A model generated the notes under the pieces. The model was not told the DNA's origin. It ran no database searches and was given only the letters and a program-made list of their open reading frames with translations. The position numbers and the translations under genes are program-made. Positions 19,035 to 29,137 of a stretch of DNA of 64,000 bases are shown piece by piece (position 1 is the first letter of the stretch; each line of letters starts with the position of its first letter). The stretch is from a virus, in the IMG/VR virus record IMGVR_UViG_3300035698_024657, positions 66,255-130,254 of that record. The stretch is one strand, 5' to 3'.

Positions 19035-20195
19035 TTAGCCCAATTCATTTAACTTTTCCAAATATTTAGATGCTAAGACATCCCACGAATAGTTTTCTTG
19101 AATAATAATACGATTAGCATCACCTAACTGTTCCAATGTAGGAAAATTATCACATGCGAATTGCATTTTTTGCATTAAATTATATGCACTGGGGGTAAAC
19201 ATAGGTACATCACCATAAGGCAAAATAGTTTGATCCATGACATCTACTAATAGAGGATAATCTAAAGGAAACCATTCATTCATTGGTGGCGCATTCGTAG
19301 TAATTACCGGCAAGCCACAAGACATCGCTTCTAATATGGGGAGACCTAATCCCTCACGCCTACTCGGTGCCAAATAAATTTTACCGTTGCGATAAAGATC
19401 AATTGCATCGGGTACTTCAGCTAAACTGACATATTCTTCGCCCTGCGGATGACGTAAAGGGTTATGTGCCTTCTCACCTATCTGGCTATGAATATTTATA
19501 CTAACCTTACCTTTATATCCTTGAAATTCTAACTGACGGAACGCAGTTTGAACAATATCAGACCCTTTACGCACACCTGAGCCCCCAAAACCTACGCTAT
19601 GGAGAAAAGTGTACTGCTTTTGACTTATTTTATCGATTACATCAGAAACTTCAAGAGATCCTTTAATGTCTGAGGAAGACTGCACAACGCCATCTACTAA
19701 AATATGGCTGGGAGAACTTTTTCTCCCCAATTTACAGTTTTCTGGACAAAAATAATCGGTATCTATAGGAAAAGGGAGATGTACACATTCCCCTGGCCAA
19801 GATTCTGCGTAAATAGCTGCCCCTATTTTAGTAACATTGATTACAAGATCAATATACTCGGCATAAGGAAGAAATTTGGCGAGTTCAATACTATCAATCA
19901 TCGGAATGAGAACAATTTTAACTCTGCTCGCTGATAATATTTCAAAAAGATCAAAATTGAATGGGGTTTCAAGAAGAATGACAACGTCGGGCTCACACGT
20001 ATCCAAATATTCGTGAATTTGTGAGGGAGTAAGTGAAATATCCCCAAAAGTGTGGGGAATATCTACATCAAGTGTGCCCTTAATGGGATGGTTGATAACT
20101 AACTGACTATCAATGGGAAGATATTTTCGAAAATTTGAAGCAATCACACCCAGGCCACTATGATTCGAGTACGCAACGAGACCTATCTTGCACAT
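19035..20195 (-). CDS. Glycosyltransferase family 4 (GT-B)
   Basis: RKG, PSRREGLGLPILEAMSCGLPVI. Confidence 0.92.
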   Translation of the reverse strand: MCKIGLVAYSNHSGLGVIASNFRKYLPIDSQLVINHPIKGTLDVDIPHTFGDISLTPSQIHEYLDTCEPDVVILLETPFNFDLFEILSASRVKIVLIPMIDSIELAKFLPYAEYIDLVINVTKIGAAIYAESWPGECVHLPFPIDTDYFCPENCKLGRKSSPSHILVDGVVQSSSDIKGSLEVSDVIDKISQKQYTFLHSVGFGGSGVRKGSDIVQTAFRQLEFQGYKGKVSINIHSQIGEKAHNPLRHPQGEEYVSLAEVPDAIDLYRNGKIYLAPSRREGLGLPILEAMSCGLPVITTNAPPMNEWFPLDYPLLVDVMDQTILPYGDVPMFTPSAYNLMQKMQFACDNFPTLEQLGDANRIIIQENYSWDVLASKYLEKLNELG

Positions 20196-20196
20196 T

Positions 20197-21180
20197 TTAC
20201 AACCTTTTCTTAATTTCGTCTATAAATCCCGCAGTAATCTTATCTATGTTGTAATTCTCAAGTACGTACTGTCTTCCCTTGGTCGCAATTTCCTCTCTTT
20301 GACGAGGGTTACTGAGGAAGAACGCGATCTTCTCTACTAAGTCGGGATAATCCATAGGGGAATAGGTAACACAGTGTTCCCCAGCGGTTAAGACCTCATC
20401 AAAATAGGGAATATCTGGTGTAATCAGGCAACAACCCGAACCGGCAGTTTTGAGGACTCTGTTTGAGAAACCTAACTCGTATTGAGGTAATAAATCATTG
20501 ACAAAATTCAACCCAACTCTCGCACGAGAGTAAAATTTTGCCATCTCACCGCCTATTAAAATCCCATTGCTAAAGAAATGTGTATTTGGAATCTTCTCTT
20601 GATAGTCACCCCAGTGAAAAGATCCCCCACCAACCTGAACATTATGTCCATCGGTGATCAACTGAGATAGAAACTTTAATCTAACAGTCGATTGAGCGGG
20701 ATTAGGTCCACCAAGAAAACCAACATCAAATGAGTACTGCCCGCGACGTTCGATACACGTATGATATCGATGATCGAAGAATTGAGGAACCCAGATAACA
20801 TCTTTAGCATACTCCTTAAGTATTGGTACAAGGCCACGAGTTTCTAACATCAGTAAATCATAGATACCTTTGATCCCTTTGAACCATGCCCCCGACTGCC
20901 CATCATCGGGACCGTATTCATCGGGAATCCACTGTGCTAAAAATATTCCCGCGTCTTTCAAAGGTTGCAAAAGGGTATGATCAAAGTTCCTACCCATAGT
21001 AACAAGACAAAACTCTGGACGGTGCTTCAAAATTTGAGCAATTGAGTCACTGGTATGCGCAGTCAACTTATTAAAAGATACCATCTGAACGGAATGATGT
21101 TGAATTGTCCATGATTGTGCAATTCTTATACTATTCTGCGACGCATCCTCATCACAATAACCAATTACAGTTATTCGCAT
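20197..21180 (-). CDS. CgeB-type glycosyltransferase (Glyco_trans_1_2)
   Basis: [33 protein letters not shown]. Confidence 0.85.
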   Translation of the reverse strand: MRITVIGYCDEDASQNSIRIAQSWTIQHHSVQMVSFNKLTAHTSDSIAQILKHRPEFCLVTMGRNFDHTLLQPLKDAGIFLAQWIPDEYGPDDGQSGAWFKGIKGIYDLLMLETRGLVPILKEYAKDVIWVPQFFDHRYHTCIERRGQYSFDVGFLGGPNPAQSTVRLKFLSQLITDGHNVQVGGGSFHWGDYQEKIPNTHFFSNGILIGGEMAKFYSRARVGLNFVNDLLPQYELGFSNRVLKTAGSGCCLITPDIPYFDEVLTAGEHCVTYSPMDYPDLVEKIAFFLSNPRQREEIATKGRQYVLENYNIDKITAGFIDEIKKRL

Positions 21181-22163
21181 ACTTTTTCAAATACCCTCTG
21201 CCACTCTTTTATAAACCTTATAGGGCCAAAGAACTCGCGCACTACCTGTCGAGCACTGTCGGCCATCAACCGTGACTTCAATGAGGATTGTGACGACAAT
21301 GCAGCAGTAATTCCATCCCGAAGTTCTATCGGGTCATTACTAAATACGCCGTGCATACCAGATTTAAAAATATTACCTGGTTCACAATAAGCAGTAGATA
21401 CTATTGGAGTACCTACAGCAGCGGCTTCCAACAAAGACATCGGAATAGGTGACATTATTGATGGATTAAAATACACTCCCGCATTCACTAATAGATCAAG
21501 GATTTCTTCACGTGGTCGGGCACCTTTAGAAAACTTGCCAATATTATCATTCCCATAACCATATAGTGAAATATTATCAAAATGGGGTTCAGCAGAAACA
21601 CCAAGTACATTCGCCCAAAGCGTAAAGCCACAAGCCCAGTCTCTGGTGATCATCTCATTTGTAGTCGTCATAATCTCGGTACCGGAATAATCTGTCTTTT
21701 GGGGAAATGCGTCGACATCAAATGAATGATAGATATACGAAGAATTTTCATCCCTTTCCATATCCCACGCTTTTTGCGACGTAGGGGTAATAAATACATT
21801 ATGCGTAAGATACTGATGCCTTATATTTTTCCACTTATTCACTTCACCCGGATAATTTTTAAATGGCCAAGTATGCTCAAGCATAACTGCAGGAAGATAC
21901 TTACCCCAAGAAGAACAAAAAGTCTCAATAAATGGGTGCCAATGAATTAACATTAAATCAAAATCATCGGGATTTACTCCGGCAGCCTCAATACCGTGAA
22001 TATTATCAGGTATTTTAGCACTTCCGGGCCATACGCTTTTTGGTCTTTTATCTTCTGGCCAAAAGCCATGTGAATCTATGACATGAAAAAATTCTACCAT
22101 TGGAATCTTTGCTAATTCCAATTGATAGCTTTCATGCGCGAAATGGGTTAAAACGCGTAGCAT
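21171..22163 (-). CDS. Glycosyltransferase family 4-like
   Basis: [25 protein letters not shown]. Confidence 0.85.
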   Translation of the reverse strand: MLRVLTHFAHESYQLELAKIPMVEFFHVIDSHGFWPEDKRPKSVWPGSAKIPDNIHGIEAAGVNPDDFDLMLIHWHPFIETFCSSWGKYLPAVMLEHTWPFKNYPGEVNKWKNIRHQYLTHNVFITPTSQKAWDMERDENSSYIYHSFDVDAFPQKTDYSGTEIMTTTNEMITRDWACGFTLWANVLGVSAEPHFDNISLYGYGNDNIGKFSKGARPREEILDLLVNAGVYFNPSIMSPIPMSLLEAAAVGTPIVSTAYCEPGNIFKSGMHGVFSNDPIELRDGITAALSSQSSLKSRLMADSARQVVREFFGPIRFIKEWQRVFEKVCE

Positions 22164-22196
22164 ATGCCCTCACTGATTGTCGAATTTAACTCCATA

Positions 22197-23366
22197 TCAT
22201 TGATTCAAATCAGTGATAGCTTCCGCAAGCTGCGTTGCAGCACTCGTCCACGAAAAATCACGTTCAATGAGTTCCTCACGTTGCTTTGTAGCATTTTCTT
22301 TTGAAATCTCTTGATGCTTATATAAACGGTGCACCATTCGCGCATACTCTTCAAGATCAGGAATAGCAAGTTGTTGATAATGTTCATATACTCCAGGCCA
22401 ATGAACTACGTGACCTAAAGGTTTCCACTCATAATCCAACATAATAGAATACTTAGGATTCAAAAATGCTTCTGAACCTGTACCACCAGTAGTAATGATA
22501 GGCAATCCCATCGCGGCGGCTTCCAGCAAAGGCATACCCCACGCCTCGCCAGCAGACGGCAGGATAAACGAATCTGCATTACGATAAAGTTGCATCATAT
22601 GCTCTTCAGACAACGCACCATGAACAAGATAAATTCTCGGCCCCTGATCTGGCGCAATACCCATCTGCTGTCTAATTCCTTGTATCTGTGCATCAACCCC
22701 GATCTTATCTATCGTACCTGCACCAACTAAATACGTCTTTAAAATAAGTCCGACATCAGAATTACCTTTAAACGTGTTTAAAAATGTACGGATAGTTGCG
22801 AGCATATTTTTACGGTCACCTTGTTGAATCCATTGACCAACACTGAGGAAGTTATACTTCGTCGTGATGACCGTATCATCAAGTAGCGGGGGACCTTCAG
22901 GAGTGTACATATCAAAATCAATTCCAAACGGCACTATTCTGATAGGTTTAATAATGTTTGATTGCATAAATGCAGACATGCAAAAGGCAGACGGGACAAA
23001 AATTGCATCCATTTGATTACATTTAGCTGCCCACTGCTGTGCAGTTTTATCCGTTTCCATCATCGTAAACCCGATAGATTTCTTGAATGGACTTTGATCC
23101 CCAAAGAACTCGGTGGCAATTGAAAAATGCACCAACGTAGTATTGGCGTGATCAAGTTCTTTCCCTTTTTCGACGAGTCCATTTAAAACTGCCTGATCCG
23201 CGGGATCAAGTGCAAGATTGCCAGAATTGATCCAAACAATGGGTTCTAAATACAAATCAAATATATCCAACTTATGCAATTCCAGAATAAACTTCCGAGC
23301 CACCGTTGCATATCCAGAAAAATCTTGAAAGGGTGCTTTAAATAGAACTTTTAACTTCTCTGACAT
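22197..23366 (-). CDS. Glycosyltransferase family 4
   Basis: SGYA, FLSVGQW, DRKN, PSAGEAWGMPLLEAAAMGLPII. Confidence 0.92.
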   Translation of the reverse strand: MSEKLKVLFKAPFQDFSGYATVARKFILELHKLDIFDLYLEPIVWINSGNLALDPADQAVLNGLVEKGKELDHANTTLVHFSIATEFFGDQSPFKKSIGFTMMETDKTAQQWAAKCNQMDAIFVPSAFCMSAFMQSNIIKPIRIVPFGIDFDMYTPEGPPLLDDTVITTKYNFLSVGQWIQQGDRKNMLATIRTFLNTFKGNSDVGLILKTYLVGAGTIDKIGVDAQIQGIRQQMGIAPDQGPRIYLVHGALSEEHMMQLYRNADSFILPSAGEAWGMPLLEAAAMGLPIITTGGTGSEAFLNPKYSIMLDYEWKPLGHVVHWPGVYEHYQQLAIPDLEEYARMVHRLYKHQEISKENATKQREELIERDFSWTSAATQLAEAITDLNQ

Positions 23367-24640
23367 TATCGAGTCTCCTCATCGGGTACCATAATTTTAG
23401 GTGAATCAGCAGGAATTGGATACGCTGACACAGTAAATTCTGGATAAGGTGTCCAATTGGCAACAGCTTTCTTTACGGCATCTTCAAACCGCTGTTGTAC
23501 GGGTTTCAAAGAATACTGTGCTAAAATATGATCACGACACTTTGCACCCTTTTCCTGTAACATTTTCTTATTATAGTATGCTTCATCTAACGCAGCGACA
23601 AATTTCTCATCCGTAACGTATCGCGTATGAATATACGGAGTTACCTGGTTACCATACAAAGGCATAACATCCGCAGAAAGTAACCAACCTGTATCATCTG
23701 TAATTAATCCTGCAGGTCCTGGACAATTAATTGAAATTGCGGGCGTCCCTGCAAGCATAGATTCGGCAATAGGCATGCCAAAACCTTCGGCAGTTGATCT
23801 ATTTACTAATACATCCATAAGATTATAGAATTTATTAATCAACTCATCGGTTTGTTGTGCAGGATTTGCATTACTGAATACAATAGAAGAATTACGATAT
23901 CTCATCCGCATCGCGTATTCAAGACTATGTCCAGCATCTGTACCCGGAGAATGTACAAACAATAATGCATCGTCCTTATCTTTTTGCCATGCATCGAAGG
24001 TTTCCATAATAGACAAAAGCTGTTTACGCTCTGCATGTCTACCAACAGTACCTACAATGAAAGTCGCATTCACATGTTTATTGCCGGTATAAGTATTGAA
24101 CTCCGTACGAAAATCTGTTTTCTCTTGAGTAGTTAATGGATGATAAATATTAGGATCAAATCCAATAGGTACGTAATCAACGGCGTCATCATTAATATCA
24201 GGATGACCCGTCATTAAATCGTAAGTAAATTGTGACCCGCATATAATATGATCACAACTATTATAAAAGGGCATATTATAATCAGGAAAAGGAAGATCAT
24301 CCCAAAGATGATAAAAAATTAATGGGCATTGTCGCCTAATTTCATTATCCATCTTAAAGAGATAATCAAAAAATCGCGGATCCGCATTCGCAAGAATTGC
24401 ATCAGGTTTTTCTGTAGTGAGAAAATGTCTAACATGTTCCTGATTTCCATATCCAGGAACGGGCCAAACCTTACAACCTTCCCAGTCTGTAGGTTGAAAA
24501 GGAAAACGTGCCTGGGGCTGAGAAGAGGCCATGAAAATTATTTCATGTCCCTTTGTCTTCATATGTCGTGCAAAAGCAGCAGCAATCTTACCGTAACCAC
24601 TGTTTATGGCAGGATTATCACTAATAACCAATACTTTCAT
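23366..24640 (-). CDS. Glycosyltransferase family 4
   Basis: ISDNP..SGYG, VGRHAERKQ, STAEGFGMPIAESMLAGTP. Confidence 0.92.
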   Translation of the reverse strand: MKVLVISDNPAINSGYGKIAAAFARHMKTKGHEIIFMASSQPQARFPFQPTDWEGCKVWPVPGYGNQEHVRHFLTTEKPDAILANADPRFFDYLFKMDNEIRRQCPLIFYHLWDDLPFPDYNMPFYNSCDHIICGSQFTYDLMTGHPDINDDAVDYVPIGFDPNIYHPLTTQEKTDFRTEFNTYTGNKHVNATFIVGTVGRHAERKQLLSIMETFDAWQKDKDDALLFVHSPGTDAGHSLEYAMRMRYRNSSIVFSNANPAQQTDELINKFYNLMDVLVNRSTAEGFGMPIAESMLAGTPAISINCPGPAGLITDDTGWLLSADVMPLYGNQVTPYIHTRYVTDEKFVAALDEAYYNKKMLQEKGAKCRDHILAQYSLKPVQQRFEDAVKKAVANWTPYPEFTVSAYPIPADSPKIMVPDEETR

Positions 24641-24715
24641 TCTCTAATCTCCACGATATAATTTACATCTATCTACTATTCTATATATACACGCATACTC
24701 GTAAGAGTGTACCAA

Positions 24716-25057
24716 TCAGTCAATCGTTTCAGCCGCGCGAGCCTCCCGCTCAAATCGAATATTACTGTACCTGAATCCTGCCGCGATCCACTGACAAAAG
24801 TACAAGAATAACCATGGAGGAATTGATATCCACCACCAACCAAATAACCTGAGCCGCGAATACTGTTCAACGTGTTTTAGCTCATGTTTCATGAACCTTT
24901 CAGTTATTTGATCTCTACGATAGACAAAGTATAGATTCCGACCAAAAGTCATACAACCTTGACCGGAAATCGTACGAACCCACTTTCGATTATAATGAAA
25001 ACGTACATCAAAATCTATATAGTCGTCACGCGCTGCTAAATGTTCCATATTAGGCAT
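24716..25057 (-). CDS. Small HExxH metallopeptidase-like protein (DUF4157-like)
   Basis: MTFG, HELKHVEQY, FEREA motifs. Confidence 0.7.
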   Translation of the reverse strand: MPNMEHLAARDDYIDFDVRFHYNRKWVRTISGQGCMTFGRNLYFVYRRDQITERFMKHELKHVEQYSRLRLFGWWWISIPPWLFLYFCQWIAAGFRYSNIRFEREARAAETID

Positions 25058-25066
25058 AATAATAAG

Positions 25067-25486
25067 CTAAAGAACTAACTCTATATGTGGCATATCAATA
25101 AAACTATGATCCCTGATAAATTCATCACTATCCCAATCTCCGCCCCATCTAATAGGTACATTTGCCATATGAGCAATACCTTTAACAATACCTGCAAGCA
25201 AAATAAATCTGTCCGTGTTCTGCCAATCAATGCCACCTTTACCATTACGTAGGTTAGGATCCCATGGCGCGATATCTACGGCGATCGACGGTTCTTGATT
25301 ATGTTTACTATCGGGCCACTGCTTTGTACTGGCACCCTCTTCAAATGCGATATTTTGAGCTTCTTCATCTCTATAACCACAAGTAATAGAAAAGTCCATT
25401 ACTTTGATTGACTCAATCATAAGCATCTGTAAAGTAGGATGTAGGGTAGCAAGACGTGCCCGCGAAGCCCTTCCAAAACTTGCCAA
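25067..25486 (-). CDS. Endolysin, M15 family peptidase (L-Ala-D-Glu type)
   Basis: CGYRDEEAQ, SKHN, AVDIAP, WGGDW, DMPHIEL; probable TTG start at 25486 behind AGAGGAG. Confidence 0.88.
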   Translation of the reverse strand: MASFGRASRARLATLHPTLQMLMIESIKVMDFSITCGYRDEEAQNIAFEEGASTKQWPDSKHNQEPSIAVDIAPWDPNLRNGKGGIDWQNTDRFILLAGIVKGIAHMANVPIRWGGDWDSDEFIRDHSFIDMPHIELVL

Positions 25487-25506
25487 TATACATTTCTCCT
25501 CTTTTG

Positions 25507-28068
25507 TTACCAAGACATTACAATACGTGACGCAGCGGAACCTCCGTAAGGATCTTGTGCGCCTATGCCCCAAACATAAATATCGCCAGAGCTGATACAG
25601 TAAAGTCGCACGGCGTCTGAATTTATTTCATAACTTTCAACTAATCTATTAGGGTACCCGTCCGCTGCAATAATGCCCCCATCATCACTAACTTCAGTAA
25701 TAGCCCTTTCCCAAAATTCCCCATCATATCTATAAATAGTGTTAACCGGTAACTCTCGAATTTTACCTAATATATTCCAGTCACTTACATATACGGTGGC
25801 GCCCTCGGAATAGTCTAACTCTTTTTCATACATATCAATTCGGAAACGTAAACCAGTCAACTCTTCATCAGTAAAGCCGTCAGTACGAAATTCCCACGTA
25901 ATCGTCGATTGTGACTCGGTTGAAGTGATTACACCATCATAAGCGGGCTTTATCAACGCTCTCGAAGGACTGATACGAATATATAGAGGATGTTCCGCAT
26001 CTGGATTCTTGATTCTATTGACAATCACGTGGAACTTATAAAGCTCATCAGGTACTAAATTCATACGATTAGTAACGAGTAACCTACTAAGTTTCACCGC
26101 ATACCCTTCCGTAACATTATCAGGGATAACAATAGCACCATCATCCTCATCATTATCATCCGGATTTGGTGGATTAGGAGGAGGAGGAATAGGTACCGGA
26201 GGAGGAACATCGGGTTGCGCCGGTGGTGGTGGTGGCGGAGGATCCGGATCATCTTGATCCTCACCATCTGGTGGAGGAGGCGGAGGTGGAGGAGGAGGAT
26301 CCTCTGGTGGAGGTAATGTTGGTGGAAGGGGAGGTAATGGAGGTTGCGTAGGTGGCCAATCTAAACCATCTCCTCCACCAGGAGGTGCACCAACCGTAGG
26401 GGGTCTATTATCTCCGCCACCTGGAATAAGAATTTCGGTAGCAATAGGAAATTTTACAAACCACTGATCGGGCGGAGAAGGCTCATCTATAGAATGGTTG
26501 CCCTTCTCTAATGGTGAAATTGTAGAATGCTCTTTTATAATATATGACGCATCTACAAATATAGAATTTGCGAGTTCAGCATTGCCCCGATACACTTTGA
26601 AATTACGTAACATTGCATTTGCAATCATCCTCCAAGTTTCAAAACGTAACGCACCTTTAATTGTGGCTTTAACTACTCCCTCTATTCGGAATTCTCCGTT
26701 AGTTGTCTCTGCCAGATTATCAGCATTAAAGGTAAAGGTATGCCGACGAACATTCGCGTCATTCGTACCTACTCCGAATAAATCACCATTATTATTAATA
26801 TACTGCGCTTTAGGAGAATTTGCATCGATGCCCGTACCTACGTTGCTGGCAAAACCAACTTTTAGGGGGCCCGAGCCATCTGCACTAAGTCTTCCAAGAC
26901 GAGGAGACATTGAAACAGCGCTACATTGATATCCATATTCCCATACAATAGTATATACTTCACTCGTAAGGAAAGAAAGGCCATTTGTTTGGAGACCAAA
27001 TTCAATTGCTAACTCTGGATTGATGTAAGTACCACGAAACAAATCACCGCCAAAACGTGTCGAGTGCGTAGTATAATCACTTAAAGCTTCGCCTTCAACA
27101 TCTGTGATAAATGTTTCACCCGCTTCAGCAGAATATGGCACTAATTGACGTACATCAGTTATCAAATTATCAGTATGTGCATCAGAGAGCGAAGTGAAAT
27201 GTGCATTCCAACACGTTACATACAAATAATTATCAGAACTATGGGTTAACATACTAGAAGGGACACCGGCTAAATGTTTACTACGAGTAAATCTGGGTTG
27301 ACCCGTTAAAGTTTCATCAATCCCCGTACTATTGAATATATTTTGTCCTTCATCATTATTCGTACAAAATAATGTAGTATCTCGAATACTTAAATATTGC
27401 GGTGCAGTCGCCCCCGTTGCAAGTTCCGCATATTTTTCCCACTGCAAACTGGCAGTATCTGCATTATATTTAAATACTGCTCCAAGATCACCAAAAGAAA
27501 CTGATACATATAACTCGTTAGAGAATATGGTAAAATTGCTGCACTGGCCCACACCATCAAATCCAGTAGAAAAATCTCCTACTAATCTCCAGGTACGCGT
27601 TATGGGATCCATAACGGATACCCCACCCTTATGCGCCAAATATACTTGTTTATTATAATAGATCAGATCACGAATATTCCCCGCAGCACCCTGAAATTCT
27701 CCGTACGTCTTATTAAGTATTCTATCCCAATCATCTTGAGGATTACCGGTGATATTATAAAAAATTTCACCCGTAGCATTATTTGCAATATATAGACGAT
27801 TATATTCAGTATCCGCAGCATATCCAGTGATATGGTAATAATCAGCAATAGGCAAACCGATATACGAGGCTGTCCAACCTTGCGATGATCCATCAGCAGG
27901 CGACTTTCTACGTAACCGCGCAGAAGCGCCACCTCCCGAAACAGTAGAGCCAGAGGGTGCGGCAGAACCGGATACAGTAATTGCCCAAAGATCATCGTTG
28001 GCGGCAAACCACCCAATAGTCTCTTCGCCATAATCCTCAATGTTCCGTGTAATATTTAACCAGCTCAT
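25507..28068 (-). CDS. Putative tail/baseplate appendage protein (beta-propeller-like, polyproline linker)
   Basis: 853 aa; beta-rich repeats (YNNRLYIA-type strands such as EYNRLYIA, NKQVYLA, NELYVS); long Pro/Asp tract; end of the structural module. Confidence 0.6.
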   Translation of the reverse strand: MSWLNITRNIEDYGEETIGWFAANDDLWAITVSGSAAPSGSTVSGGGASARLRRKSPADGSSQGWTASYIGLPIADYYHITGYAADTEYNRLYIANNATGEIFYNITGNPQDDWDRILNKTYGEFQGAAGNIRDLIYYNKQVYLAHKGGVSVMDPITRTWRLVGDFSTGFDGVGQCSNFTIFSNELYVSVSFGDLGAVFKYNADTASLQWEKYAELATGATAPQYLSIRDTTLFCTNNDEGQNIFNSTGIDETLTGQPRFTRSKHLAGVPSSMLTHSSDNYLYVTCWNAHFTSLSDAHTDNLITDVRQLVPYSAEAGETFITDVEGEALSDYTTHSTRFGGDLFRGTYINPELAIEFGLQTNGLSFLTSEVYTIVWEYGYQCSAVSMSPRLGRLSADGSGPLKVGFASNVGTGIDANSPKAQYINNNGDLFGVGTNDANVRRHTFTFNADNLAETTNGEFRIEGVVKATIKGALRFETWRMIANAMLRNFKVYRGNAELANSIFVDASYIIKEHSTISPLEKGNHSIDEPSPPDQWFVKFPIATEILIPGGGDNRPPTVGAPPGGGDGLDWPPTQPPLPPLPPTLPPPEDPPPPPPPPPPDGEDQDDPDPPPPPPPAQPDVPPPVPIPPPPNPPNPDDNDEDDGAIVIPDNVTEGYAVKLSRLLVTNRMNLVPDELYKFHVIVNRIKNPDAEHPLYIRISPSRALIKPAYDGVITSTESQSTITWEFRTDGFTDEELTGLRFRIDMYEKELDYSEGATVYVSDWNILGKIRELPVNTIYRYDGEFWERAITEVSDDGGIIAADGYPNRLVESYEINSDAVRLYCISSGDIYVWGIGAQDPYGGSAASRIVMSW
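26140..26425 (-). repeat. Polyproline/acidic low-complexity tract
   Basis: (GGA/GGT)n on + strand encoding PPTQPPLPPLPPTLPPPEDPPPPPPPPPPDGEDQDDPDPPPPPPP. Confidence 0.9.
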
Positions 28069-28081
28069 CTAACTTACCTCT

Positions 28082-29104
28082 TTAACGTCTACGACGATAA
28101 ACAATACGTGCAGTGCACTCCGTAATAGATGCACCCGCTTCAGCAATTATAAAACGTAAAGTATGGCCCGAGTAATACGCCAAATTTAAAGTTTGAGTAG
28201 TCCAACCATCAAAAGTGGCAGTGGGCGGCGCAGTGGAAATATTTCCAATTAATGTTTGATTTGGAATATATGCGGTTGATCCAGAATACAAATGTAACGT
28301 AACTGCTCCGGTAGAACCTTGGCACATTATCTGCAAGGAATCAAGTGTAAAATTACGTGAAAGCCTACCACTAAAAGTATGTCCGACTTGTGGATATAGG
28401 AAACCTATACTCTTTTCCATCTGTGTAACTAAATCTATTTCGTGAACATTTACAAGATCTTCAATGGTACCTACACGCCCATCTTTTATACGAAATGATG
28501 GACGATCATCGAAAATCGCATACCAAGTGCTATTACTTGTACTATAATACCCGTCCCCTGTATAGTCTTTTACAATGCTTCCACTCACATCAAGTACCAT
28601 TGAAGCAAGAGTAATGCCTGCGGAAGTTGGAGTAGCATCAACAGAAATAGTATAACTGTCATAAACTCTCGCAGAATATTCATTGCCCGCATCATCATAT
28701 TGAGTATTATCATACAGAGGAGTATGCGCAATATTAACATAGTATCTACCCGCAACCGTGACCCCAGTAGATAAATTCGTACGATTAGGTAATGCGGGAC
28801 GATATAAGGGATCTGCACCAAGACTTCCACTAACAGTAGTTGCAGAAGGCACAGTAATTAACTGACCTTCCGAATCCACTGCGGTGCCGGGAAATATTTC
28901 AAAAGTAGTACCATCCGCGGTGGCGACTTGCAATGAAGGCTCAGCAGTAATCTTAGACGATACCACACCAGAACGCACCATAAATGCTTTTAAATAATCC
29001 CGGAACACTTTTGTACGCGAGTAACTTACCATATTAAGGTCTTTAGCAGTCACATGCTGATCATCAAAAAACTGACTACCATAACCATTAAGTACGTTTG
29101 CCAT
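28082..29104 (-). CDS. Putative baseplate/tail-fibre attachment protein
   Basis: N-terminal FFDDQHVTAKDLN and IFPGTAVDSEGQLI motifs typical of myophage distal baseplate proteins. Confidence 0.55.
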   Translation of the reverse strand: MANVLNGYGSQFFDDQHVTAKDLNMVSYSRTKVFRDYLKAFMVRSGVVSSKITAEPSLQVATADGTTFEIFPGTAVDSEGQLITVPSATTVSGSLGADPLYRPALPNRTNLSTGVTVAGRYYVNIAHTPLYDNTQYDDAGNEYSARVYDSYTISVDATPTSAGITLASMVLDVSGSIVKDYTGDGYYSTSNSTWYAIFDDRPSFRIKDGRVGTIEDLVNVHEIDLVTQMEKSIGFLYPQVGHTFSGRLSRNFTLDSLQIMCQGSTGAVTLHLYSGSTAYIPNQTLIGNISTAPPTATFDGWTTQTLNLAYYSGHTLRFIIAEAGASITECTARIVYRRRR

Positions 29105-29137
29105 AATTTGCCTCTATATTATTGATATCTCTTTTAC

